Below are positions 20,887 through 32,392 of a stretch of DNA of 64,000 bases, one piece after another; the stretch's first letter is position 1; every line of letters starts with the position of its first letter. The notes beneath the pieces are model-generated. The model was not told the DNA's origin. It was given only the letters and a program-made list of their open reading frames with translations, and searched no databases. Source of the DNA: Alphaproteobacteria bacterium (GTDB lineage: Bacteria > Pseudomonadota > Alphaproteobacteria > Caulobacterales > Caulobacteraceae); assembly GCA_018820665.1 (NCBI GenBank), contig JAHJNW010000067.1, forward strand, positions 18,969 to 82,968, read 5' to 3'. The position numbers were made by a program, and so were the translations under genes.

Positions 20887-21750
20887 TCATTTCATCAGCG
20901 CCGTGACGACCGGCTGGAGCGATGCCTTCCAGTCCGGTTGTTCGATTCCGAAGCGCGCCGCGATCTTTGAACAGTCGAGAATGGAATTCATAGGTCGGGC
21001 CGCCGCTGTCGGATATTCGGACGACGCGATCGGGTGCAGTTGCGGCGGCTCGTCCAGCCCGGCCGCGTCGAAAATGGCGGCTGCGAAGTCGAACCAGCTG
21101 GTCGCCGGCGCGCCGGCGTAGTGATAGACACCCCACGCATTCTCGCTGGCCTGGACGGCGGCCTCGATGCGCAGCAGGCAGGCGGCGATGTCGGCCGCGG
21201 CCGTGGGCCCGCCCGTCTGGTCCGAAACCACGGACAGGTCCGATCTCTCACGACCAAGACGCAACATGGTGCGTACGAAATTGGACCCGTGGGCGCTGAA
21301 CACCCAGGCGGTCCGGAGGATCACATGACGTGAACAGAGCGCCTGCACACGCTGCTCGCCCTCAAGCTTGCTGCGGCCGTAGATGTTGATCGGGCCGGTC
21401 GCGTCGTCCTCGCGCCAGGCCCGGACGCCTGAACCGTCGAACACATAGTCCGTGGAAATATGAAGCAGCGGAATCCCGGCCTTTTCACAGGCCAGGGCGA
21501 GATTCGCCGCCCCGTCCCGGTTAATCGCCATCGCCGCGTGGGCTTCGCTTTCGGCCCGGTCGGGATAGGTATAGGCGGCGGCATTGATGACGGCGCGCGG
21601 ACGGGTCGCGGCAAGAACGGCGTCAATGGCCGCGGGATCGGTGATGTCGAGCCCCGACCGGGCCAGACAGGCATCCCCCGCACCAAGCCTCAGCTGGAGC
21701 TCGCGGCCGACCTGGCCATCGGCTCCCGTCACAAGAAGGCCGCCGGTCAT
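20887..21750 (-). CDS. rfbD: dTDP-4-dehydrorhamnose reductase RmlD
   Basis: [35 protein letters not shown]. Confidence 0.95.
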   Translation of the reverse strand: MTGGLLVTGADGQVGRELQLRLGAGDACLARSGLDITDPAAIDAVLAATRPRAVINAAAYTYPDRAESEAHAAMAINRDGAANLALACEKAGIPLLHISTDYVFDGSGVRAWREDDATGPINIYGRSKLEGEQRVQALCSRHVILRTAWVFSAHGSNFVRTMLRLGRERSDLSVVSDQTGGPTAAADIAACLLRIEAAVQASENAWGVYHYAGAPATSWFDFAAAIFDAAGLDEPPQLHPIASSEYPTAAARPMNSILDCSKIAARFGIEQPDWKASLQPVVTALMK

Positions 21751-22820
21751 CCTGGGGTCGCGACGCCAAGGCGGGACTCCCCGTCTCCCGAGGCCCTGAG
21801 AGACTGCCACCAGCTCCGGTGCTCGAGATACCAGTCGATGGTTTCGGCGAGGCCCTCCTCGAACGTGCGCCCGGACTCGAAACCAAGGTCTGCCGAAATC
21901 TTCGCCGGATCGATGGCGTAGCGAAAATCATGGCCGGGGCGGTCTGTCACGAAGGCGATCAGATCCAGGTAGGACGCGCCGCCGGAGCGGGGCCGAACCT
22001 GGTCCAGACGTCGGCAGATCGCCTCGGCGACCTGGAGATTGGTCCGCTCCATCCGTCCGCCGATATTGTAGCTCTCGCCGATAACGCCGCCTTCCAGCAC
22101 GGCGACCAGGGCGCGTGCATGATCGTCGACATGCAGCCAGTCACGCACATTGTCGCCGCGGCCGTAGATCGGCAGCGGCTGTTCCGCCAGCGCATTGATG
22201 ATCATCACCGGGATGAGTTTTTCGGGAAACTGGTACAGGCCGTAGTTGTTCGAGCAGTTGCTCATGACCACCGGCAAACCATAGGTGTGCCACCAGGCCC
22301 GGACCAAGTGATCCGAGGACGCCTTGCTGGCCGAGTAGGGCGAGCGCGGATCATAGGGCGTCGATTCCGTGAACGCGCCTGTGTCGCCGAGCGCGCCGAA
22401 GACCTCGTCTGTGGAGACGTGATGAAAGCGGAAGGCGTCGCGGCGGTCTCCCGTGAGGCCTTCGAAATACCGGCGCGCCGATTGAAGCAGGCTGAATGTG
22501 CCCAGGATATTGGTGGTGATGAAGGCGGCCGGCCCGTCGATGGACCGATCGACATGGGACTCCGCCGCCAGGTGCATGATGGCGTCGGGGTGGTGGTCGT
22601 CGAGGACCCGGTCCATGGCCGCGCCATCGCAGATGTCGGCCTGGACGAAGGCGTAGCGCGGATCCTGCTGCGCTTCCTCAAGGGTGCGCAGATCACCGGC
22701 GTAGGTCAGCTTGTCGACATTGACGACGGAGTGCCCCGTATGCCGGATCACCCGCCGGATGACGGCCGATCCGATAAAGCCGGCGCCCCCGGTAATCATG
22801 ATTTTCATGGTCATGCTCAA
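21747..22820 (-). CDS. rfbB: dTDP-glucose 4,6-dehydratase RmlB
   Basis: [44 protein letters not shown]. Confidence 0.97.
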   Translation of the reverse strand: MSMTMKIMITGGAGFIGSAVIRRVIRHTGHSVVNVDKLTYAGDLRTLEEAQQDPRYAFVQADICDGAAMDRVLDDHHPDAIMHLAAESHVDRSIDGPAAFITTNILGTFSLLQSARRYFEGLTGDRRDAFRFHHVSTDEVFGALGDTGAFTESTPYDPRSPYSASKASSDHLVRAWWHTYGLPVVMSNCSNNYGLYQFPEKLIPVMIINALAEQPLPIYGRGDNVRDWLHVDDHARALVAVLEGGVIGESYNIGGRMERTNLQVAEAICRRLDQVRPRSGGASYLDLIAFVTDRPGHDFRYAIDPAKISADLGFESGRTFEEGLAETIDWYLEHRSWWQSLRASGDGESRLGVATPG

Positions 22821-23368
22821 TTCGCGGCGAGGAAGGGCGACGTGATCTCTGACAACAACGGCTGGACCTGATCCTTCGCCGACAGCTGACAGGCGCCGGC
22901 TTCGAAAGGCCAGACGATACCCAGCGCCGGGTCGTCCCAGCGAATGCCACGATCATCGGCCGGCGAGTAGAAGTTGCTGACCTTGTAGTGGACGAGCGTG
23001 TCAGGTTCGAGCGTACAATAGCCGTGAGCGAATCCAGCCGGAACGAGCAGTTGCGTGAGCCGATCGGCGCGCAGTTCGACGGCGACGTGTCGCCCGTACG
23101 TGGGCGATCCCCTGCGTATGTCGACGGCGACATCGAGGATCGCTCCGCGAAGCGCGGTTATGAGCTTGTCCTGCGCCATCGGCGGTTGCTGGAAATGCAG
23201 ACCCCTCAGCGTTCCCGGCGCGGCGGAAAAGGCCAGATTGTCCTGGACGAACACCGGATGCTCAAGATACCGCGTCGCGTAGACCTCGCTGAAATAGCCC
23301 CGCTCATCGCCGTGCTTGACGGGGTGGAGGATTTTCACGTCGGGGATCTCCGTAGCTTCAATCAGCAC
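22817..23368 (-). CDS. rfbC: dTDP-4-dehydrorhamnose 3,5-epimerase RmlC
   Basis: [37 protein letters not shown]. Confidence 0.96.
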   Translation of the reverse strand: MLIEATEIPDVKILHPVKHGDERGYFSEVYATRYLEHPVFVQDNLAFSAAPGTLRGLHFQQPPMAQDKLITALRGAILDVAVDIRRGSPTYGRHVAVELRADRLTQLLVPAGFAHGYCTLEPDTLVHYKVSNFYSPADDRGIRWDDPALGIVWPFEAGACQLSAKDQVQPLLSEITSPFLAAN

Positions 23369-24696
23369 TGCGAGACCTCAAGGTTCTGGTTGAATTTTCT
23401 AAGGGTTACGATGGTTGTCGGGACGGCTATCATCACCGTTACGACAATGAACGCCACGCCCATACCGGTGCCCCCGCCAATCAGACACCCCAATACTGTA
23501 GCAGGAGCCATCGCCGCCCCCGTTATGAGGGACACAACCAGGAACGGCTCCCGCCGATAGACACGAAGATAGTTGCCGATAGCGGCAAGCCCTACGTGAA
23601 TGACCGCCGCCGCGAGAAACAGGGCCAGGTCCGCCAAGGGAAGCAACCGGTCAACAAAGGTCATGCCCAACCACGAGGCGGCAACAAGGGCAAACATACC
23701 TCCAACACTGGCGGCGGTCGCGAGGGCTATGGCGATCGTCCCGGTCTTCCTCGCCAGCCCTTCAGCCTCCCTGCGACGCCCTTGCGAGGCCAGAAGGCCC
23801 ATACGGGGCATCTGGGACTCCACCACCGCGTGCCCGACCATCATGACCGCCTGAATGATGCCGACGCTGGCGCCGATCTGGCCGGCCAGAACCGGACTGC
23901 CCAGTCTGAAAGCGATCGGCGTCATGATGGCGAAGATGAAATATCCGGCCATCCAGCTTATCGCCAGGCGCCACATCATGGGAAAGAGTTCCTGGCGCCA
24001 GTTCAGGGACGACGCGTCGTCGGGCTGAAGGAGGCGAACAATCAAACCCCGGAAACGGAAAATGGAGACCGCGAATACAGCGAGGGTTCCGGCCAGAATC
24101 CCCGGCCCGACGGCGTACAGGCCAAATCCCAGCGCCAGACCGACCCACAATACGACCGCATTGGCGCACACCTTGGCCAGCCGGATCACATAGGCCGTCC
24201 GAACGAAGCCAAGCCCCATCAGCACCGCCATCAGGGGTAAGGTCGTCAGGTCCAGCGCCGCCGCAATGGCGGCCACGACCCATGGCGTTTTCCAGTCGAC
24301 GCCCGAACTCGGTCCGCCGCTCATGAGCGCGTAGCCGCCGGCCCACAACAGGATGCAGAGCAGGGCGCCGAGTACGGCGTACCAAAGTATCGAAAAACGA
24401 ACCAGCGCCCTCATTCTCGAGAGGGCATGGGCGGGTACATCGAGGTGATCGTGCCTCAGCGCCACAACGTCCCGCCGTTCGTGCGCCAGAAACTGCATCA
24501 GCACGGTCGTCAGGCCGGCGTCCGCGAGAGCGACCAGCGCAACCAGACTCAGGAAGGTGAAATAATACCCCTGCTCGACCGACGAGACGGCCGCAGCAAG
24601 AACCAGGATCGTGACGGCGTTGAAGCCCACATTGGCCAGACGAGCGGCCAGGGCGACAACACCTTCCCATCCCGCCTGGGGCAGTCGGGCCCTCAC
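23362..24696 (-). CDS. wzx: Polysaccharide flippase (Wzx-like)
   Basis: About 12 TM; EQGYYFTFLSLVALVALADAGL and FPMMWRLAISW motifs; located in the sugar operon. Confidence 0.75.
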   Translation of the reverse strand: MRARLPQAGWEGVVALAARLANVGFNAVTILVLAAAVSSVEQGYYFTFLSLVALVALADAGLTTVLMQFLAHERRDVVALRHDHLDVPAHALSRMRALVRFSILWYAVLGALLCILLWAGGYALMSGGPSSGVDWKTPWVVAAIAAALDLTTLPLMAVLMGLGFVRTAYVIRLAKVCANAVVLWVGLALGFGLYAVGPGILAGTLAVFAVSIFRFRGLIVRLLQPDDASSLNWRQELFPMMWRLAISWMAGYFIFAIMTPIAFRLGSPVLAGQIGASVGIIQAVMMVGHAVVESQMPRMGLLASQGRRREAEGLARKTGTIAIALATAASVGGMFALVAASWLGMTFVDRLLPLADLALFLAAAVIHVGLAAIGNYLRVYRREPFLVVSLITGAAMAPATVLGCLIGGGTGMGVAFIVVTVMIAVPTTIVTLRKFNQNLEVSQC

Positions 24697-24730
24697 GGAC
24701 GCTGAACCCGGGGCACGGTCCGCCCCGTCA

Positions 24731-26071
24731 TCACGAACGTGAACGGGCCCGACAGAAGTCCTCGATCACATCGACCATATAGCTGAGGGCGGGTTCATCG
24801 AGACCGGGATACAGGCCGACCCAGAAGGTCGAGGTCATGATCTTCTCGGCGTTGTCGAGCGTGCCTTCGATGCGGAAATTGCGGCCGAGCATATAGGGCT
24901 GGCGAACCAGGTTCCCGCCAAACAGCAGCCGCGTCCCGATCCGGTGCCGGTTCAGATGCTGGACCAGTTCGTCGCGCTCGAACGGAGCGCCGTCTTTCAC
25001 GGTCATGGGGAAGCCGAACCAGGACGGCTCACTGTTTGGCGTCGCCTCCGGCAGCAACAGGAACTCCTGCAACCCGGCGAGCCGCGCCTTCAGGAACGCA
25101 AAGTTACGCCGCCGCGCCGCGACGAAGCCGTCCAGGTGGTCCATCTGGGCGAGGCCGACTGCGGCCTGCATGTCGGTGATCTTCAGATTATAGCCGAGGT
25201 GGGAATAAGTGTATTTGTGGTCATAGCCCTTGGGCAGCTGCCCGAGCTTCCACTTGAACCGTTTGCCGCAGGTGTTGTCGACGCCCGGCCCGCAGAAGCA
25301 GTCGCGGCCCCAGTCACGGAAAGACTCGGCGATGCGGTCGAGGAAATCGTCGTTGGTGAAGACAGCGCCGCCCTCGCCCATGGTGATGTGGTGAGCGGGG
25401 TAGAAGCTCACGGTGCCCAGGTCGCCGAAGGTGCCGACGTGTTTGCCGTCATAGGTGGCGCCCAGGGCGTCACAGCAATCCTCGATCAGGAAGAGGCCAT
25501 GCCGGTCGCAAAGATCCTTGATGGGCGCGATGTCGAAGGGGTTGCCGAGCGTATGCGCCACCATGATCGCCTTGGTCTTGGGCGTGATGGCGGCGGCGAC
25601 GCGGTCGGGGTCGATGTTGTAGGTGTCGGGAATCATGTCCACGAAGACCGGAACCATCCCGTTATGCAGGGTCGGGTTCACGGTGGTCGGGAAGCCGGTC
25701 GCCGCCGTGATGACCTCGTCACCTTCCTTCAGCTGGCGCGACTTGAGTTTCGGAGAGGTCAGGGCGGTGAAGGCGACAAGGTTCGCCGACGACCCCGAGT
25801 TGACGGTCATGGCGTGCTTGACGCCGATAGAGTCGGCCAGCCGCTGCTCGAACGCATCGTTGAACCGGCCCGCCGTCAGCCAGAAGTCCAGCGCTGAATC
25901 GACCAGCATCTGCATGTCCGACGCCTCGTAGACGCGACCCGACACGGGGACCGGGCTTCTGGCGGGGTCGAAGGGCCCCGGAACATGTTTCAGCGCGTGA
26001 TACTGGGCGACGAGTTCAAGTATCTCCTCGCGCAGCGCGGCGGGATCAGTCCGGTGGGTCTGGATATCCAT
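24731..26071 (-). CDS. rfbH: CDP-4-keto-6-deoxyglucose 3-dehydratase (E1, DdhC)
   Basis: [32 protein letters not shown] (His in place of the PLP Lys), RDWGRDCFC...DNTC, YDHKY. Confidence 0.95.
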   Translation of the reverse strand: MDIQTHRTDPAALREEILELVAQYHALKHVPGPFDPARSPVPVSGRVYEASDMQMLVDSALDFWLTAGRFNDAFEQRLADSIGVKHAMTVNSGSSANLVAFTALTSPKLKSRQLKEGDEVITAATGFPTTVNPTLHNGMVPVFVDMIPDTYNIDPDRVAAAITPKTKAIMVAHTLGNPFDIAPIKDLCDRHGLFLIEDCCDALGATYDGKHVGTFGDLGTVSFYPAHHITMGEGGAVFTNDDFLDRIAESFRDWGRDCFCGPGVDNTCGKRFKWKLGQLPKGYDHKYTYSHLGYNLKITDMQAAVGLAQMDHLDGFVAARRRNFAFLKARLAGLQEFLLLPEATPNSEPSWFGFPMTVKDGAPFERDELVQHLNRHRIGTRLLFGGNLVRQPYMLGRNFRIEGTLDNAEKIMTSTFWVGLYPGLDEPALSYMVDVIEDFCRARSRS

Positions 26072-26086
26072 CAGGTGGAAGCTTTC

Positions 26087-27163
26087 TCAGTTCGCAGCGC
26101 CAGGGGCGCGCAAATAGTCGTCGATTTGGCGTTGCGTCAATGAGACAAGATCGTCGCCGCGAGCGTGCGCAAGATACCACTCGACCGTCAGGCCGAGGGT
26201 CGCCTGCAAGGATAGCTTCGGTCGCCAGCCGAGGCGCGAGGCGGCCTTGGTGATGTCGAGCTTGAGAATGGCGGCCTCATGAAGGTGTTGCCCGCCGACG
26301 TGCTCCCAGGCGGCCCCGCCCCCCCAGAGCTCAGACAGCCGCGTGACAAGATTCGCGACCGGCACCGCAGCCTCGATATCAGGCCCGAAATTCCAGCCCT
26401 CCGCGAACGCGGGACTGGCATACAAATGCTCGGCCAGCGTCAGGTAGCCGCCCAGAGGCTCAAGCACATGCTGCCACGGCCGGATGGCGTCGGGGTATCT
26501 GATCTTGAGAACCTGCTGGTTCGCAAACGCCGTCACCGCGTCCGGCACGACCCGGTCCTTGGCGAAATCTCCCCCCCCGATGACGTTGCCTGCCCGCACG
26601 GAAGCCAGGCCGACCCCGTCGGCCTGGTCCGCCCGGGAGAAATAGCTTTGCCGGTAGGCGTCCACCACCAGTTCGGCGCAAGCCTTGGAGTTGGAATAGG
26701 GATCCGCGCCACCCAGCCTGTCAGGCTCGCGATAGCCCCACAGGGAACCAACGTTCTCGTAGCATTTGTCGGTGGTGATCGCGACGATCGCCTTGACGCC
26801 ACCGACCAGCCGGCAGGCCTCGAGCACCTTCACCGTGCCCATGACATTGACATCGTAGGTCTCGACGGGAATGGCGTAAGAGTCCCGAACCAGCGGCTGC
26901 GCCGCCATGTGGAAAACCACTTCGGGCCGCACATCACCAACCACGGACATCAGCCGGTCCAGGTCGCGAACGTCGCCAATCGTGTGCTGACAGGCGCGCT
27001 CGATCCCGAGCAGATCAAACATCGCGGGCGTGGTCGGCGCCGGCAGCGAATAGCCCGAAACCTCGGCGCCAAGCGTCCGGAGCATGAGCACCAGCCAACT
27101 CCCCTTGAAGCCGGTATGACCGGTAACCAGCACCCGTTTCCCGGCCCAGAAACCCGGCGCCAT
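26087..27163 (-). CDS. rfbG: CDP-glucose 4,6-dehydratase (DdhB)
   Basis: FWAGKRVLVTGHTGFKGSWL, ITTDKCY, DPYSNSK, RAGNVIGGGD, RPWQHVLEPL; alternative GTG start at 27178. Confidence 0.96.
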   Translation of the reverse strand: MAPGFWAGKRVLVTGHTGFKGSWLVLMLRTLGAEVSGYSLPAPTTPAMFDLLGIERACQHTIGDVRDLDRLMSVVGDVRPEVVFHMAAQPLVRDSYAIPVETYDVNVMGTVKVLEACRLVGGVKAIVAITTDKCYENVGSLWGYREPDRLGGADPYSNSKACAELVVDAYRQSYFSRADQADGVGLASVRAGNVIGGGDFAKDRVVPDAVTAFANQQVLKIRYPDAIRPWQHVLEPLGGYLTLAEHLYASPAFAEGWNFGPDIEAAVPVANLVTRLSELWGGGAAWEHVGGQHLHEAAILKLDITKAASRLGWRPKLSLQATLGLTVEWYLAHARGDDLVSLTQRQIDDYLRAPGAAN

Positions 27164-27933
27164 CACCAGATTTTCCACGGAGCCTGACCGCCAGCCCAAA
27201 GCTCTTCCAGTTCGGCCTTGTCCCGGATCGTGTCCATCGGACTCCAGAAGCCGTGGTGGAGGAACGCCTGCAGCTGGCCGCGGGCGGCCAGCGTCTCCAG
27301 CGGCCCTTTCTCCCAGATCGTGGAATCGTCCTCGATCAGGCTCAGAACGCTCGGATTGAGCACGAAGAAGCCGCCGTTGATCCAGCCGCCGTCATCATCC
27401 GGCTTTTCCTTGAAGCGCTCGACCTGACTTCCGTTGAGGGCCAGGGCGCCGAAACGCTTTGCCGGGCGAACCGCCGTGATCGTCGCTTCCGATCCATGCC
27501 GCTTGTGGAATTCAACTGCGCCGCGAATGTCCATGTCGCCGACGCCGTCGCCATACGTCAGTGCAAAACAGTCGTCATCTTTCACATAGTCGGCGACACG
27601 ACCAATCCGGCCGCCCGTCATTGACGACAACCCGGTGTCTATAAGGGTGATCTTCCACGGCTCGGCGTGACGTCGATGAATTTCGAGTTGGTTGTTCGCG
27701 ACATCGACGGTGACATCAGATGTGTGCAAGAAATAGTTCGCGAAATACTCCTTGATCATATAACCTTTATATCCGAGACAAACGACAAAATCGTTGATCC
27801 CGTTCTGGCTGTATATCTTCATGATGTGCCAAATGATCGGCAGTCCACCGATCTCAACCAGAGGCTTGGGCCGCAACGTCGTTTCTTCAGACAACCGGGA
27901 TCCCAGTCCGCCAGCCAGAATTACCGCCTTCAT
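27163..27933 (-). CDS. rfbF: Glucose-1-phosphate cytidylyltransferase (DdhA)
   Basis: MKAVILAGGLGSRLSEET, MTGGR, LTYGDG, GFWSPMDT. Confidence 0.96.
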   Translation of the reverse strand: MKAVILAGGLGSRLSEETTLRPKPLVEIGGLPIIWHIMKIYSQNGINDFVVCLGYKGYMIKEYFANYFLHTSDVTVDVANNQLEIHRRHAEPWKITLIDTGLSSMTGGRIGRVADYVKDDDCFALTYGDGVGDMDIRGAVEFHKRHGSEATITAVRPAKRFGALALNGSQVERFKEKPDDDGGWINGGFFVLNPSVLSLIEDDSTIWEKGPLETLAARGQLQAFLHHGFWSPMDTIRDKAELEELWAGGQAPWKIW

Positions 27934-28070
27934 ACGTCATCCCCGATCAGGCTGGACCACACCATATTCTGCGACGTCCATACTTGATACGCACCGGCGA
28001 GGAAAGCACTAGTCCCGTTGAAAAATCCGGCCTAATCTCTCGGCCTCCCCACATCGACTAGGGCTCTGTC

Positions 28071-29321
28071 TTGTCCCTCTCCGCGCCCGTCGCCAGCGCC
28101 CCTCGCGGCCTGCCCTACCCTCAAAGGGCGGCTGTCGTTCGCCACCCCCTCACCACGGCTCTCGTCGCCGTTGTGCTTTTCTGGCTGATCGCTCTGCCGA
28201 AGGGAGGGTTCAAACTCTACGAACTGCCGATCACCTGGGCCTATCTGGGCATCGCTCTTCTGACCGCCTGGTCGGCCTTCAAATTCCTTCCGCGGCCGGG
28301 AGCGTTCGTCGAAGGAATTCTGATCAGCGTTCCGATCCTGCTGTTCCCGTTATGGATGTCCGCCATCATCCTGATCAACGGGTTCGACTCGGCTTCGGCA
28401 ACCGCGGGCGCCGTCGTCGCCTTTCTGGTCATGCCTGTCCTCTTGCTGATCTTCGTCCGCCCCCTGCTGGCGCAGGTGCCGCCCAGCCGGATCTGGGCCA
28501 CGCTCATCATCGCTGTCCGCTTCGCGGTGGTGTTTGGCTTCATCATTTACATCTTCAATATTCTCTTCGGGAGATACCTGGAGATACCCTATGTGACCGT
28601 GAATATTGACGACGTCGGCACGCTGGCGATGAAGCATAACGACCGCGGCGTGGTCGATAAGTTCTTTTCTACATACAATAACGGAAATATTTACGGCATA
28701 TGCATGTGCACCGTTATGCCGATTTATCTGCTGATGGAAAAGCGCTTCACTTTCCGCGCCCTGTTCTTGTTGACGCTGTTGCTTACAACCTCTCGCAGCA
28801 CATACTTCGGCGCTATTGTCGCAGTCGCCGGCATGGCCTGGGCGCGCGGGGTATCGCTCAAGACCATTCTTTCCCTTGGCTTCGCTGGCGTCGTCGGCGT
28901 CGGCGCGGTCGGCGGAATCCTCACCTTCCTTGGCTACGGCGCAGGCTGGCTGTTTGACACCAATCTGGGCGGCCGACGGGCCGCCATTGAGGCCCTGCCG
29001 CCGTTCCAGTTCATTCCTGAACAGGCGTGGGGCGGCTGGAACGAGATGAACTACATTTCCGCGTTGAACGGGGCGGGCTGGACCGGTCTGGCCCTGTTCT
29101 GCCTTTCGATGTGGACGCCGCTCGTCTGGCGCGCGCCCGAAAGCCCCGAAAAGCGCCAGATCAGCCGGCATCTGAAGGCAGGGCTCCTCGCCTACTGCGC
29201 CGCCAGTTTCTTCGACGGCGCGGCGCTTCTGGCTCCAACGATGGCCATCTACTGGCTGATCGCAACCTGCGTCTCGCTGTATTCTCCGCGCTCGGAAATG
29301 TTCAGATCCGCTACCGCGTGA
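28071..29321 (+). CDS. Probable polysaccharide polymerase (Wzy-like)
   Basis: About 10 TM; STYNNGNIYG periplasmic loop, TTSRS motif; located in the locus. Confidence 0.6.
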   Translation: MSLSAPVASAPRGLPYPQRAAVVRHPLTTALVAVVLFWLIALPKGGFKLYELPITWAYLGIALLTAWSAFKFLPRPGAFVEGILISVPILLFPLWMSAIILINGFDSASATAGAVVAFLVMPVLLLIFVRPLLAQVPPSRIWATLIIAVRFAVVFGFIIYIFNILFGRYLEIPYVTVNIDDVGTLAMKHNDRGVVDKFFSTYNNGNIYGICMCTVMPIYLLMEKRFTFRALFLLTLLLTTSRSTYFGAIVAVAGMAWARGVSLKTILSLGFAGVVGVGAVGGILTFLGYGAGWLFDTNLGGRRAAIEALPPFQFIPEQAWGGWNEMNYISALNGAGWTGLALFCLSMWTPLVWRAPESPEKRQISRHLKAGLLAYCAASFFDGAALLAPTMAIYWLIATCVSLYSPRSEMFRSATA

Positions 29322-30507
29322 GGTCCGTGGAGGCGGCCGGGTCCACGGGCAGACTGCCAGCCTGCATCTGATCTTCCACGAAGCTGAGGAATTCGCTTCC
29401 GAATCGTTCGGTCGAGAATCGCTCCGCCCAGGCCCGGATCACCGCAACGTCAAACATCGCTTCCTGTCGTTCGAATTCGTCGACCGCCCGGATAAGGCCT
29501 TCGGCGCTCTGATCCGGGAACAGCACGCCGGTCTTGCCGTCGATGACCGTGTCGAGAGCGCCACCGCGGGCAAGGGCTATGACGGGGCGGCCGCTGGCCA
29601 TGGCCTCGACGGGCGTGATCCCGAAGTCCTCCTCGCCGGGCATCAGGAAGGCCCGGCACTCGGCGTAGAGCGTCTGCAGTTCCTCAACCGGGCAGCGGCC
29701 GCGGAACTCCACTGTCGGCCCCGCCAATCGCTTCAACGCCGCAGTCTCGGGCCCCTCTCCGGTGATGACAAGTCGCCGGCCGGTCCGGTTGGCCATCTCG
29801 ACGGCGAGATCAAGACGTTTGTATCGGACGTGCCTTCCCCCGATCAGATAGAAGTCGCCGCGTCGGTCCAACGGCCGGAACGTCTCCAGGTCGACAGGCG
29901 GGGCGATCACCCGGGCCGCCCGGCCATAGTATTTGCGGATCCTTTTCTCGACGTGGCGCGAGTTGGCGGCAAAGGCGTCGACGCGGTCGGCCGTCATCCG
30001 ATCCCACGCCCTGAGAGGCGGGCCGAACACCGACATCATTGTTCGTGTGAGCAGTCCGCCGGTCTCGCGGTACTCATGAAACTGATCCCAGAGATAGCGC
30101 ATCGGGGTATGGCAGTAACAAACGTGGATCGCGTCCAGACCCGGCAACACTCCTTTGGCCGGCCCGGACTCGCTGGAAATCACCAGATCATACTCCGAGA
30201 CATTGAGGGCCTCGACCGCCCAGGGCATCAGCGGCAGCAAGGCGCTGTAGTATTTCCACGACCTCGGCAGTTTCTGGAGGAAGGAAGCCCTTATCGTCGC
30301 GCCAGGAAAAATTCGCGCGCTGACCGCCGGGTCGTGAACGACCACGTAGATGTCGGCTTGAGGGAACAGTTTGTAGATTTCCTTGACGACCTTTTCGCCG
30401 CCGGCGTCGCCCACGATCCAATAGTGAACGATGGCGACCTTGAGGGCCGCGGCGTCGAAGTTCGCGGGCGGGAGGCGCTTTCGCGTGGAGGTGCTGGAAG
30501 GGGACAC
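29311..30507 (-). CDS. Glycosyltransferase family 4 (mannosyltransferase-like)
   Basis: GGEKV, YCHTPMRYLWD, EDFGITPVEAMASGRPVIA. Confidence 0.9.
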   Translation of the reverse strand: MSPSSTSTRKRLPPANFDAAALKVAIVHYWIVGDAGGEKVVKEIYKLFPQADIYVVVHDPAVSARIFPGATIRASFLQKLPRSWKYYSALLPLMPWAVEALNVSEYDLVISSESGPAKGVLPGLDAIHVCYCHTPMRYLWDQFHEYRETGGLLTRTMMSVFGPPLRAWDRMTADRVDAFAANSRHVEKRIRKYYGRAARVIAPPVDLETFRPLDRRGDFYLIGGRHVRYKRLDLAVEMANRTGRRLVITGEGPETAALKRLAGPTVEFRGRCPVEELQTLYAECRAFLMPGEEDFGITPVEAMASGRPVIALARGGALDTVIDGKTGVLFPDQSAEGLIRAVDEFERQEAMFDVAVIRAWAERFSTERFGSEFLSFVEDQMQAGSLPVDPAASTDLTR

Positions 30508-30816
30508 TCGTCTCTCTCGTGCTGGCCCGATAAGGTCGGTCCGGGATCGGCGGCGGTTATCGCTCGCTCCCTTTAGCGGGGTAACCCCACAAAAGTCGCC
30601 AAGGCCATCCCGAACGATCGTAAAAAATCAGCGGCTGGCGCAACGCAGCCGTCTGCTGCCCCGAAATCCGCTCCTGGCGTCGACTTCCTTGAGCATCTGC
30701 GACGTTCAGCTGCGGCTGTGATCGAGTCGCCACATGCGCTGACGACATTCACGCCGACGGCTTGTCACCTTCTGAAGGTTAGGATAGGCGGCTGACGCAT
30801 CCGTCCAGGGGTTAAA

Positions 30817-31497
30817 ATGTCAACGTATGAAGACGTAGCTTTACACCAGACCCCACCTGGAACGCTGCCAAGCTTCGAAACGAAACCGTTGGTGTCGGTT
30901 TTTATCCGTGTATTGGATTTTTGCGTATCCGGGCTGGCGTTGATCGTTGCATCTCCGCTCTTCCTGCTCATTGCACTTGCCATCAAGGCCAATGGTCGCG
31001 GTCCGATCTTCTATTGTCAGTGGCGCGTGGGACGCAGAGGCCGCCTTTTCCTCTGCTGGAAATTCCGCACAATGACGGTTGATGCGGCGCAGCGGCTGAC
31101 GGACCTGCTGGCGAGCGACCCGGAAGCGCGCGCGGAGTGGGAACGGGACCACAAGCTGCGGAAGGACCCCCGGATCACGCCGCTCGGCAATTTCCTTCGC
31201 AAGACCAGCCTCGACGAAATCCCGCAGCTCTGGTGCGTTCTCAAGGGCGAGATGTCGCTCGTCGGGCCGCGCCCGATCGTGCAGCAGGAGATCTGGCGCT
31301 ACGGTCGGTATTTCGCCGACTACTGCTCCGTCCGGCCGGGGCTCACCGGCCTGTGGCAGGTCGCGGGTCGAAACGACGTGTCGTATCGCCGGCGCGTCGC
31401 CCTCGACGTCACCTACATCCGCAACCGTTCGGTTTGGTTGAACATCAAGATCCTGGCTCTGACGATCCCGGCTGTTCTTTTGCGGCGGGGCTACTGA
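30817..31497 (+). CDS. Priming undecaprenyl-phosphate sugar transferase (ExoY/WbaP C-domain)
   Basis: KFRTM, KLRKDPRITPLGNFLRKTSLDEIPQL, GEMSLVGPRP, PGLTGLWQV. Confidence 0.92.
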   Translation: MSTYEDVALHQTPPGTLPSFETKPLVSVFIRVLDFCVSGLALIVASPLFLLIALAIKANGRGPIFYCQWRVGRRGRLFLCWKFRTMTVDAAQRLTDLLASDPEARAEWERDHKLRKDPRITPLGNFLRKTSLDEIPQLWCVLKGEMSLVGPRPIVQQEIWRYGRYFADYCSVRPGLTGLWQVAGRNDVSYRRRVALDVTYIRNRSVWLNIKILALTIPAVLLRRGY

Positions 31498-31584
31498 ATC
31501 TGCGAACGGGCCGCAATAACGATCGATTTGGCGGTATAGTGCCCCAACCGGCCGCCCACCACCGCCGTTTGCGCGAGACACCCA

Positions 31585-32379
31585 TTGATCGACCTCCATT
31601 GCCACATCCTGCCCGGCATCGATGACGGGGCCACTGACCTTGAGCTCTCGCTGGAGATGGCGAGGGCCGCGGTTGCTGACGGCATTTCGGTGACGGCCTG
31701 CACGCCGCACATCATGCCAGGCTATTACGAGAACACCGGCCCGGGAATTCGCGAGGCTGTCGCGGTCCTGCAGGGCCACCTTGATCGCGAAAACATCCCG
31801 CTGAGACTGGTGACCGGGGCGGACGTGCACCTTGTGCCCGACCTTGTTGAAGGGCTGCGGAGCGGCAGAATTCTGACCCTGGCGGACAGCCGCTACTTCC
31901 TGTTCGAGCCCCCACACAATACCGCCCCGCCACGGATGGAGGAGTCGGTGTTCGACGCGATGGCGGCCGGTTATCACCCGATCATCACCCATCCGGAACG
32001 CTTGCGCTGGATCGAGGATCAATACGGCGTCATGGGCTCCATGGTGAAGGCCGGGGCCTGGATGCAGATCACCTCCGGCTCGATCACCGGCCGGTTCGGA
32101 AAACGCGCACAGTACTGGGCCGAACGCATGCTCCACGAGGGCCTCGTGCACATCCTCGCCACCGACGCTCACAACATGAGGGGCCGGGCGCCGAGTCTCG
32201 CGAACGCCGTCCACCTCGTTTCGGAGCGGCTGGGTCGACAAGCCGCGCTGGATATGGTCTTGACGCGACCGCAAGCCGTACTCGACAATGCCCTGCCGTC
32301 CAGCGTTCCGCCTGCGGTGGGGTTGACGGCAGGTCATGACAAGCAAGCTGGCCGCAAACGCCTGTTCGGCGTCTTCTGA
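31585..32379 (+). CDS. PHP-family tyrosine phosphatase (CpsB/CapC)
   Basis: MIDLHCHILPGIDDGA, TPH, THPER, ATDAH. Confidence 0.92.
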   Translation: MIDLHCHILPGIDDGATDLELSLEMARAAVADGISVTACTPHIMPGYYENTGPGIREAVAVLQGHLDRENIPLRLVTGADVHLVPDLVEGLRSGRILTLADSRYFLFEPPHNTAPPRMEESVFDAMAAGYHPIITHPERLRWIEDQYGVMGSMVKAGAWMQITSGSITGRFGKRAQYWAERMLHEGLVHILATDAHNMRGRAPSLANAVHLVSERLGRQAALDMVLTRPQAVLDNALPSSVPPAVGLTAGHDKQAGRKRLFGVF

Positions 32380-32392
32380 ACTGATGGATGGG

